In this document: positions 1 through 6,407 of the stretch, one piece after another
Layout of the letters: the number at the start of each line of letters is the position of its first letter
Numbering within the stretch: position 1 is the first letter of the stretch
Virus record (IMG/VR): IMGVR_UViG_3300044641_006843
Location: 1 to 26,935 of that record
Reading direction: 5' to 3' (one strand)
DNA length: 26,935 bases
DNA from: a virus
Lineage: Duplodnaviria; Caudoviricetes
Position numbers and translations under genes: made by a program
Notes under the pieces: generated by a model
Told to the model about the DNA's origin: nothing
Seen by the model: only the letters and a program-made list of their open reading frames with translations
Database searches by the model: none

Positions 1-503
1 CATTGCGAGCGATTGGGCAGGACGAACGTGGCGTCGGTGAAGCCGTTCTTCTGGGAATACTGAATGTTGGTGACCTTGGTCTTCTTGGCGTTCTTGAATT
101 CCGGAGGCATGTACTTCCAGATGACGGCCTGTTGCATCTGGATGGAGGTCTGGGACGTGGTGTGCAGGCACCAGATTCTGGAATTAGGCCTAGTGCACAG
201 CAGTTGCATAACCCTCTTGGCGGCGTACTCGGTCTTTCCGGCTCGGTTGCCGCCCATGATGAGGAGCTCGTTGCCGTTCATCAGCAGGGAGTCGGCGTCC
301 GCCCAACTCTCGGGCTCGTACCCGTGCCTGTATGGGTCTGCGATTTCGGCCTGAATCTTCTCCTCTCGGCGTTGCAGGATGTCGGCCGTTTTTTGGGCCC
401 CGATTTTGTGGGCCAGCCCTAACACTTCTTCCTCAGTAGGAAGGTGTATGATGGGATGCTTGGTCAGCCGCATCCCCGCCACGGTGACGGTATCCAAGCT
501 CAT
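1..503 (-). CDS. terL: Terminase large subunit, N-terminal ATPase part (runs off window start; absent from ORF track)
   Basis: Hand translation from ATG at 503: MSLDTVTVAGMRLTKHPII...DPYRHGYEPESWADADSLLMNGNELLIMGGNRAGKTEYAAKRV...RIWCLHTTSQTSIQMQQ. GGNRAGKT is a terminase-type Walker A. Start overlaps the upstream stop (ATGA). Confidence 0.9.
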   Translation of the reverse strand, partial: MSLDTVTVAGMRLTKHPIIHLPTEEEVLGLAHKIGAQKTADILQRREEKIQAEIADPYRHGYEPESWADADSLLMNGNELLIMGGNRAGKTEYAAKRVMQLLCTRPNSRIWCLHTTSQTSIQMQQAVIWKYMPPEFKNAKKTKVTNIQYSQKNGFTDATFVLPNRSQ

Positions 504-1066
504 GCATTACTCTGGCCGTCTTCAAGATTGATGTATGAGGCCGTCATGGCCCTGTCCCATTGCCTGAGGTTGAGCACGGGAAACGCACCCTGATAGGTGA
601 CGGGTGCGAACCGGAACGGCCCGAGCGAGATGCCCGCCACGCTCAACCCCATGGTCGGAATCATGTTCTTCATTCCGCCGACCGCGACCTGAGCGAGCCT
701 CGACTCGCTTCGGCCGAAGGCCGAACCGGAATTTTTGTAGGGCTTGATTACAGACTTCGCACCACCCCCAGAGACGTCTCTCTGTGGTGGGATACGCTCA
801 GTCTTGGTGACCTGCTGAGGACCTACGTCATAACTTTGCAGGTTGGCCATCGGGTGGTCTCCCCAATAGGACCTGCCAAGCTTCTGAACTTCCAGCTTTT
901 CTCCTGAAGGTTTGTACGGGCCCTTCTGGAGCATCTCCTCCTTCGGAGGAGCAGGCTCTCCGGATGGAGCATGAGGCATGACCCTGAACATGCCATTGCC
1001 TCGGAGCGTCGGGTCGAGGCGGGGGTTATCCCCGCTCGGTAGAATGACGTCCTTTTCTTCGGCCAT
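500..1066 (-). CDS. Hypothetical phage protein (188 aa)
   Basis: ORF abutting or overlapping both neighbours on the same strand; no recognisable motif. Confidence 0.8.
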   Translation of the reverse strand: MAEEKDVILPSGDNPRLDPTLRGNGMFRVMPHAPSGEPAPPKEEMLQKGPYKPSGEKLEVQKLGRSYWGDHPMANLQSYDVGPQQVTKTERIPPQRDVSGGGAKSVIKPYKNSGSAFGRSESRLAQVAVGGMKNMIPTMGLSVAGISLGPFRFAPVTYQGAFPVLNLRQWDRAMTASYINLEDGQSNA

Positions 1067-1177
1067 TTAACCCACGATGCTTTCCCAGATGTCGAGGAGC
1101 TTGTCGGAGTAGCGGACTCCGACGTAGACGCCTCCGAGGAAGGAGACGACCGAAGCGATGATGATGAAGGTAATCAT
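1067..1177 (-). CDS. Small single-pass membrane protein (36 aa)
   Basis: MITFIIIASVVSFLGGVYVGVRYSDKLLDIWESIVG*; ATGA overlap with upstream stop; its TAA abuts the next ATG and it fills the gap exactly. Confidence 0.75.
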   Translation of the reverse strand: MITFIIIASVVSFLGGVYVGVRYSDKLLDIWESIVG

Positions 1178-1605
1178 TTGAACGGGTTGAATTTGGAAGA
1201 TTCGCCGGGGCCGTATTTTTCGCCCATACGCCACGAGGGAATCCTGTCTTTGTTCACGTCAAGACTGCTGGTGTTGCCATACTTGTCCTTGGCGAGCTTC
1301 ACCCTCTTGTTTCGAGACATGAGTCCGTAGCCAGAGTTGATTTTACGGGCACCTTCCAAGTCGGAAAGGCTCATGCTTTCTCCGCCGGTACGGGCCTTCC
1401 ACGACTTAACATAATCAGCTCCCTTTTTCAGACTAGAAGCCTGTGCCTTCTGAGTCCTGTACTCGCTCATGTATGACGCCGTATCTTCCCTGAATGAGCC
1501 GATTCCGAGCTTAGAAGGCCTTCCCCTTTTCGAAAGAACGGATTTGCCCTCTTTAGTGAAGAGCTTGGCAGCGGCCTTGAGGAATTTTCCGGGAATCTTC
1601 ATCAC
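1174..1605 (-). CDS. Basic Lys/Ser/Gly-rich hypothetical protein (143 aa)
   Basis: Coupled ORF in the terminase operon; strongly basic composition. Confidence 0.75.
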   Translation of the reverse strand: MMKIPGKFLKAAAKLFTKEGKSVLSKRGRPSKLGIGSFREDTASYMSEYRTQKAQASSLKKGADYVKSWKARTGGESMSLSDLEGARKINSGYGLMSRNKRVKLAKDKYGNTSSLDVNKDRIPSWRMGEKYGPGESSKFNPFK

Positions 1606-2420
1606 ATTCCGCCGCGAGCGGCGTTCTTCTGCTGGCGATAGTGGTTCTGGAGGCCGTCGTTGGCCTTGTGGACTCCGTAGCCAGCGGCGATGGAGGCACC
1701 GGTGATGATGCCAGCACGACGGTTCTTGGACATGCCAGAAGGAACGTTGGAGAACTTGGGAGCGGCGAATTCAGGCATCTTGAAATTCATCGCCTTCTTG
1801 GGGTTCACAATCTTGCCGTCAGGAGTTTTTTCGTAACCGCCGACATAGACCTTATTCGGCTTCTTCATCGAGTTCATGAACTTGCCTTTGCCAGTCCCCT
1901 TACGCATGCGATTCATCAGATTGTCGGGAAGCTTGGGCTCGTCCCACTTAGGGCCACCGCCGGGCATGATGCCCGGATTCTTCGCGGGCACGGCCCAATT
2001 CTTGCCGTTGTAGCCGGGGCTAGAGGTGGACTTGCCGTAGATGTCCTTGTTGCCACGCATCTTGTCGGCCGCGGCCTTGATGCCGGGGTTTTTCTTGGCC
2101 CAGCTGTCGTAGTTCTTGGGAGAGACTCCCTTCATGGGAGACTTGCTGGCGACGTCATCGAGCGTCAGACCACCGCTACGACCGACGTTGTAACCACGAC
2201 GAGCTTCACGAGCACCAGAAGCGATGCCGCGACCAGCGGACTGAGCCGCGTCGCGAACGCCGCGAACACCCTTGATGGTGGCGGCTTGCGTGTTGCGGGT
2301 ACCGGCACCGAGCTTATCGACGGAGCTACCGAGGCCCTTGCCGATTTTACTGCCGAGCTGGGTCAGGTACCTGACGCCCTTGCCGACGGCACGACCTGCT
2401 TTGAAAGGATTGATAGGCAT
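1602..2420 (-). CDS. Basic Gly/Lys-rich low-complexity protein with C-terminal hydrophobic Gly/Ala stretch (272 aa)
   Basis: A/C-rich leader before ATG; AGIITGASIAAGYGV near C-terminus; internal W..(.)KNPGI repeat. Confidence 0.8.
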   Translation of the reverse strand: MPINPFKAGRAVGKGVRYLTQLGSKIGKGLGSSVDKLGAGTRNTQAATIKGVRGVRDAAQSAGRGIASGAREARRGYNVGRSGGLTLDDVASKSPMKGVSPKNYDSWAKKNPGIKAAADKMRGNKDIYGKSTSSPGYNGKNWAVPAKNPGIMPGGGPKWDEPKLPDNLMNRMRKGTGKGKFMNSMKKPNKVYVGGYEKTPDGKIVNPKKAMNFKMPEFAAPKFSNVPSGMSKNRRAGIITGASIAAGYGVHKANDGLQNHYRQQKNAARGGM

Positions 2421-2453
2421 GTTAGTTGTAGGCTTTTTGTTTCGCGACCGGCG

Positions 2454-2495
2454 TTAGCAACGCTTGCCGCCCTTCTTCTTGGTGTTCTTCTTCAT
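2454..2495 (-). CDS. Putative 13-aa basic peptide MKKNTKKKGGKRC
   Basis: ATG overlaps the upstream TGA (ATGA); all Lys codons are AAG as in neighbouring genes; ends in TAA. Confidence 0.45.
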   Translation of the reverse strand: MKKNTKKKGGKRC

Positions 2496-2998
2496 TGTGG
2501 AGAATTACGTTTGATGAGAGTGTTGAGTCGTAGGATGGACGTGGGGCGATGCTCGCAAAAGTACCTGCCGCCGCGATGCTTAACTACGACGGGCATACGC
2601 GGTTTGAACGGCCTTGAGTCGAAAACGTTGCAGAAGACCGACTTTCCGTTCTCTAACTTGACCAACATTACCCTTGTGTTGGGGTAATCGCATCTGAGCA
2701 CGTCAGCCTTCACCATGACCTCCGGGTCCTTCTCGGCAGGCTTCATGACGGTGACTTCGGGAGGCTTGCCAGCCTCCGTCTTGGCATGGACCTCAATCAG
2801 GCCGAAACGCTCGACGACCTTATCCCAGCCGGATTGCGTGAAAACAATAGGACACGTCCTGAGCGGCCTGCGGCCCTGAGGGAAGCGTTCCCAATGTTCG
2901 CCCTCGTTGAGCGATTTCCTGAAATTCGTCAGTTCGTCCTTAGGGACGCCGAAACGCTCCACGACGTCAGATTCCTTCCATTGGGTCACTTCGCTCAT
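2492..2998 (-). CDS. Hypothetical protein (168 aa), possible N-terminal helix-turn-helix
   Basis: Coupled to rusA by ATGA; N-terminus WKESDVVERFGVPKDELTNFRK is HTH-like. Confidence 0.75.
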   Translation of the reverse strand: MSEVTQWKESDVVERFGVPKDELTNFRKSLNEGEHWERFPQGRRPLRTCPIVFTQSGWDKVVERFGLIEVHAKTEAGKPPEVTVMKPAEKDPEVMVKADVLRCDYPNTRVMLVKLENGKSVFCNVFDSRPFKPRMPVVVKHRGGRYFCEHRPTSILRLNTLIKRNSPQ

Positions 2999-3480
2999 TT
3001 GCTCAGATGGTCGATGATGGCTCCCATTAGCGTGGAATCGATGTATTCGGCCCGCTTCACCCAGACGCCCAAAAATGGCTTCTCGGTGCGAAACTTCATG
3101 ACCTTGCCGAAAACAATCTGACAGTCGTCGTACCAGAATCCGCAGTTGGTCAAAGAGTCACACACGGCCTTCGCCAGATTGTCGAAGTCAGGACGGGTCG
3201 CCATGTGGACGGTCTTGCCCTTGTCGCTCAAAGTGTTCGGAAACCCGAAATACAGCGTCAACTCCAGCGGTCCCGTGTAGGGCTTGTCCGGAGCATGCTT
3301 CTTAGCCTTCAGCTCGAACTCCTTCATCCACGCCTTGATGGCGGACTTCGTGGTCTTGCCCACGAACATCCGGTTGTCCTTGGTCTTCAGGATTCGGAGG
3401 TCGGACTGATGCGTCGTCTTGATGGGGACGATGTCCACGACGAACTTACGCTCGAAATAGTTGGGGACATCCTCAGCCAT
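2995..3480 (-). CDS. rusA: RusA-family Holliday junction resolvase
   Basis: RPDFDNLAKAVCDSL and WYDDCQIV match the RusA D-x-D-N-x-x-K...D and DD motifs; upstream GPLELTLYFGF strand. Confidence 0.9.
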   Translation of the reverse strand: MAEDVPNYFERKFVVDIVPIKTTHQSDLRILKTKDNRMFVGKTTKSAIKAWMKEFELKAKKHAPDKPYTGPLELTLYFGFPNTLSDKGKTVHMATRPDFDNLAKAVCDSLTNCGFWYDDCQIVFGKVMKFRTEKPFLGVWVKRAEYIDSTLMGAIIDHLSK

Positions 3481-3483
3481 AGG

Positions 3484-3517
3484 TTGACAGTTGTCCGCAC
3501 TATCCCCAGCTTGTCAA
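3484..3517. promoter_or_regulatory. Overlapping divergent sigma70-type promoters, probably leaderless
   Basis: TTGACA on + (3484-3489) and on - (3517-3512) within a 39-bp gap, 36-37 nt from each ATG; + strand -10 candidate CAGCTT at a 17-nt spacer; - strand -10 is poor. Confidence 0.55.
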
Positions 3518-3519
3518 CA

Positions 3520-4152
3520 ATGGACAACGAGAGACTTGATACCAACCCATCCTCCAACCACTCGGCCAAGCGGGTCGGCAAGGAACGCCGCGACAAGGTC
3601 GAGGAACTGCTCCGGGCTGGCATGCCCGTCCTTGAGGTCGCCAAGCAGGTCAAGATGTCCCCCAACAACGTGACCGCCATCAAGAAGTCCATGCCCGAGT
3701 CCACCGGGCTACAGGACGAGTTCAAGGCTACCACCGTCCGCAACCTGAAAGCCTTCGTCCAGCGGGCCTCCCAAAAATTGGTCGATGAGCTGGACAACCT
3801 CCACGTCAGCCAAGTACCCATCGCCATGGGTATCGCCATCGACAAGATTCAGACCCTCCAAGACCAGCCTCAGGCGGTCGTAGAGCACCGTTTTAGCATC
3901 AGCCACGAAGCCCTCTCTGCCATGCTCAAGTCCAAGGGTCAGGGGGTAAAGCTCGACTCTGACGAGGCCATCGAGGTCGAACTAGCCCAGAAGAAGCCGG
4001 ATAGCACGGCCAAGTACCTGTCTTGGGCTCAGGACCCTAAGTCTTTTTTGGACAAAACGATAACGGATGACAATCCGTCACGCGAATCACCATTCCCAGA
4101 CCTTCGACCCCCCCCGCCCCCTTCAGAACCTGAGCCAGATGGTCAGGATTGA
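3520..4152 (+). CDS. Putative terminase small subunit (N-terminal HTH); start reassigned to ATG 3520
   Basis: RRDKVEELLRAGMPVLEVAKQVKMSPNNVTAIKK (HTH), helical core ending IAMGIAIDKIQTLQDQPQAVVEH, disordered tail. The longer track start overlaps rusA on the opposite strand. Confidence 0.6.
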   Translation: MDNERLDTNPSSNHSAKRVGKERRDKVEELLRAGMPVLEVAKQVKMSPNNVTAIKKSMPESTGLQDEFKATTVRNLKAFVQRASQKLVDELDNLHVSQVPIAMGIAIDKIQTLQDQPQAVVEHRFSISHEALSAMLKSKGQGVKLDSDEAIEVELAQKKPDSTAKYLSWAQDPKSFLDKTITDDNPSRESPFPDLRPPPPPSEPEPDGQD

Positions 4153-4180
4153 ACTTCGCACAACATGAATTATGTCTAGT
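4153..4180 (+). other. dif-like XerC/XerD recombination site
   Basis: ACTTCGCACAA-CATGAA-TTATGTCTAGT: 11-6-11 layout resembling E. coli dif (GGTGCGCATAA-TGTATA-TTATGTTAAAT) and B. subtilis dif (ACTTCCTAGAA-TATATA-TTATGTAAACT); intergenic. Confidence 0.65.
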
Positions 4181-4374
4181 CGGACATGATACATGACCCA
4201 ATCACACACGATTAGCGTGTCAAACCGGTAGAATGAGGCTAGGGGGCTTGACATGGGGGGTCTCTATTACAGGGTTACCATGGGTCTCGCGTCGGGTCAT
4301 CTAGGGTCATATCGATTCAGGCTCTAGGATGGCCTAGGAAGCCCGATTAGGTCATGGTCAGGGTGACGTCATGT

Positions 4375-4842
4375 TCACTTCATCATCCGGCCTTGGATGG
4401 CGAATGGTAAGGTGCGGCAGGCAATCAGCCAGAGTGATGGTATGGGCATGAGGATGACCTTGGCGGCACTATCGTCGCCGCCTGATACGAGCCGAGCCCC
4501 GAAAATGGCCGGTGTGCGTATGGCCTGACGTAGGGCCTCCTTGAGGTCTTGGACAGGCAATACGAGGCACATGGCCGGGACATCACCAAGCTTGAAGATG
4601 TGCACCCAATAGTCTGCCTCTGTGATGGCTATGCCTGAGGCCTTGCCTCTGCACTCATACTCGAACACGGCATTGCCTGTGGTGGCCCATGTGTCGCGTT
4701 CGGTCTTCACCTCTACCTTGGCTTGGTCTGTGCCTAGCCATGCGAGCCATCGCTCACCTTCCTGACCATACTGAAGGTCGATGTCGAACTTGGCTCTAGT
4801 CGAGCCAGAGGAGCGGGATGCCGAGTTGTCGGAGGGAGTCAT
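4375..4842 (-). CDS. PD-(D/E)xK restriction-endonuclease-like phage protein
   Basis: FDIDLQYGQEGE...KVEVKTERDTW..TGN...EYECRGKASGI..TEADYW; ExK motif. Confidence 0.65.
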   Translation of the reverse strand: MTPSDNSASRSSGSTRAKFDIDLQYGQEGERWLAWLGTDQAKVEVKTERDTWATTGNAVFEYECRGKASGIAITEADYWVHIFKLGDVPAMCLVLPVQDLKEALRQAIRTPAIFGARLVSGGDDSAAKVILMPIPSLWLIACRTLPFAIQGRMMK

Positions 4843-5491
4843 GGTGTGCGTGGATGAGATTCTGATAGCGTTCGCCTGTGGCCATCTTGCGTGAAGCCAT
4901 AGCCCGGGAATAGCCGATGGACGTCAGGGGCTTGGTGATGGCCTTGTCATAGGTCATGAGCGATGAGCTGTGGGCATCAAATGTCTTACGCAGGCCTTGC
5001 ATGTTGGGCACCTTGGCGATGGTGCTCGGGCCTAGCGAGTACATGGCATACAGGAGCTGAGGGCTGGGCGGTGCACCGTGGTGCTTCCGAAAACTAGCCA
5101 CTACGGCACGCAGGAACGTGATTGCATACTCTCGCGCGACTAGTGGCTTGAATGCGTCGTGATAAGGGTGCACAGGCAGGCGTAGCTTGGCTCGTATGTC
5201 GCTGATGTCCATCCACGCACTCTGGTGAATCTGGAACGCACCGATGGCCGGTCCATCCGGGTGAGTCTTGTCGCCTACGGCCGTGGGCACATTGTCAGAC
5301 TCGATGAGTGCAATGGCATGAGCTAAGGCTCGCTCATCAGCATAGACGTCAATGTGCATTGGCTTGCTCTGACTCGGTTTCCGGTCGAGTGTATGGTCTA
5401 TGGCAACGCACAAACGAAAAGGGAATAAAGCAACGAAGGCCACTAACCCGATACGAGCCAAGCTAGGCGTAAGTGGAGTTGAGGCCTTCAT
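4796..5491 (-). CDS. Lysozyme-like / lytic transglycosylase (candidate endolysin) with N-terminal hydrophobic segment; start uncertain
   Basis: AIALIESD (catalytic Glu), AVGD, AIGAFQI, and late YAMYSLGP motif; N-terminal RIGLVAFVALFPFRLCVA. Confidence 0.7.
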   Translation of the reverse strand: MKASTPLTPSLARIGLVAFVALFPFRLCVAIDHTLDRKPSQSKPMHIDVYADERALAHAIALIESDNVPTAVGDKTHPDGPAIGAFQIHQSAWMDISDIRAKLRLPVHPYHDAFKPLVAREYAITFLRAVVASFRKHHGAPPSPQLLYAMYSLGPSTIAKVPNMQGLRKTFDAHSSSLMTYDKAITKPLTSIGYSRAMASRKMATGERYQNLIHAHHDSLRQLGIPLLWLD

Positions 5492-5504
5492 CAATAAGAC
5501 CAAC

Positions 5505-5864
5505 ATGTATGACCCTCAGGCCATAGGCAAGATGGTTATGTTGGAACCACGTGATTGGTTGGACTACGCATGCATCGGCGTGGCCGAGGAGGCCAGCGGT
5601 GCACGTCGTGCCGTGTACGACCTCAACATGATTGAACATCTGTATGCGTTGCAATACGCGTATGATGAATTCAAATACAAGACGTTGGACAAGCTCGTGG
5701 TCTCGGCCACGCCTGAGCACTTCGAGATGGCTGACGAGTATGTATCCTATAATACGATACGAGGTGCGGCCTACATGGGTGAGCATGCACCGATGTTCGT
5801 GCGTTCGCACCGGTCTGACGATTGGCAGGTGGCTGATAAGTGGGAAAATGCGTGGCCGGAGTGA
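5505..5864 (+). CDS. Hypothetical phage protein (119 aa)
   Basis: MYDPQAIGKMVMLEPRDWLDYACIGVAE...RAVYD...EYVSYNTIRGAAYMGEHAPMF; pattern familiar from aquatic phage hypotheticals; start moved to ATG 5505 to avoid antisense overlap. Confidence 0.7.
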   Translation: MYDPQAIGKMVMLEPRDWLDYACIGVAEEASGARRAVYDLNMIEHLYALQYAYDEFKYKTLDKLVVSATPEHFEMADEYVSYNTIRGAAYMGEHAPMFVRSHRSDDWQVADKWENAWPE

Positions 5865-5925
5865 TTTTGATTTCGTTGTATATCAACGACTTACGTAAAT
5901 CATACAAATTCTCGACTACACATGC

Positions 5926-5953
5926 TTGACCTAGGACAAGGAGAACACATGTT
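5926..5953 (+). promoter_or_regulatory. Candidate promoter for tRNA array / early operon
   Basis: TTGACC-16 nt-CATGTT, followed by leader hairpin GTCAGCC-GATGA-GGTTGAC (5961-5979). Confidence 0.35.
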
Positions 5954-5988
5954 CGTTTGAGTCAGCCGATGAGGTTGACGTGTTCTTC

Positions 5989-6058
5989 AGCAGGCGATGC
6001 GGTTCATCAGGCGGGTTTCATAAGCCCAGCCTTCGTGGTTCGACTCCACGGCTTGCTA
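5989..6058 (+). tRNA. Non-canonical tRNA-like RNA, anticodon CAT, tRNA-Pyl-like architecture
   Basis: Acceptor AGCAGGC/GCTTGCT, no linker before D stem GATG/CATC (5-nt loop), bulged anticodon stem GC-GGGT/GCCC-A-GC, loop TTCATAA, 3-nt variable loop, T arm CGTGG-TTCGACT-CCACG. Confidence 0.75.
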
Positions 6059-6066
6059 CAATTCTA

Positions 6067-6136
6067 CGTGGGTACATTGAGCGGCAGGACTCCTACTCCC
6101 TGCCTACTGAGGTTCAAGTCCTTAGGCCCACTCCCA
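6067..6136 (+). tRNA. D-armless tRNA-like RNA, anticodon CCT
   Basis: Acceptor GTGGGT/GCCCAC, about 9 unpaired nt in place of the D arm, stem GGCA-GGA/TCC-C-TGCC, loop CTCCTAC, T arm CTGAGG-TTCAAGT-CCTTAG, ends in CCA. Confidence 0.65.
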
Positions 6137-6141
6137 CTTAA

Positions 6142-6219
6142 TGCAGGGTAGAGCAGTCCGGTTAGCTCGCCAGCTTCATACGCTGAAGGTCGTAGGTTCA
6201 AATCCTACCCCTGCACCCA
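6142..6219 (+). tRNA. tRNA-Met(CAT) on an initiator-type scaffold with altered anticodon arm
   Basis: TGCAGGG/CCCTGCA, D stem GAGC/GCTC (A11-U24), anticodon arm CCAGC-TTCATAC-GCTGA, variable AGGTC, T arm GTAGG-TTCAAAT-CCTAC, encoded CCA. Confidence 0.9.
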
Positions 6220-6222
6220 TTT

Positions 6223-6289
6223 GGGGATACTTGGAAGGCGTGACCGATTCCTAACGACACACGCACGGGTTCGATTCCCGTTATCTCCA
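6223..6289 (+). tRNA. tRNA-like RNA with alanine-type acceptor (G3-U70, A73), vestigial D arm and TTCCTAA loop
   Basis: GGGGATA/TATCTCC + A; D region only CTTGGAAG; GCGTG/CACGC stem enclosing an irregular loop containing TTCCTAA; T arm ACGGG-TTCGATT-CCCGT. Confidence 0.65.
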
Positions 6290-6407
6290 TCATCTTGGCG
6301 TCCTAACACGTGGCCTTGGCTATCATCCTCAATCACGAGGTGCCTAAACGCCCCTAGCGGGGCATCACTTTAACCCGCCCTAACGGGCACAACCACAACA
6401 CACGAAC

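Noticed and set aside
3-422. Plus-strand ORFs 3-422 and 64-354
   Set aside because: Antisense to the terminase large subunit frame.
1641-2687. 348-aa plus-strand ORF
   Set aside because: Antisense to the coupled minus-strand operon.
6090-6099. Amber-suppressor (CTA) reading of the second tRNA-like loop
   Set aside because: The 7-nt loop with U33 centres on CCT; TAG ends genes normally at 4796 and 12941 and the long ORFs have no in-frame TAG.
6223-6400. Full tmRNA (ssrA) gene
   Set aside because: Acceptor halves are only 67 nt apart, leaving no tag ORF or pseudoknots; kept only as a TLD-like mimic hypothesis.
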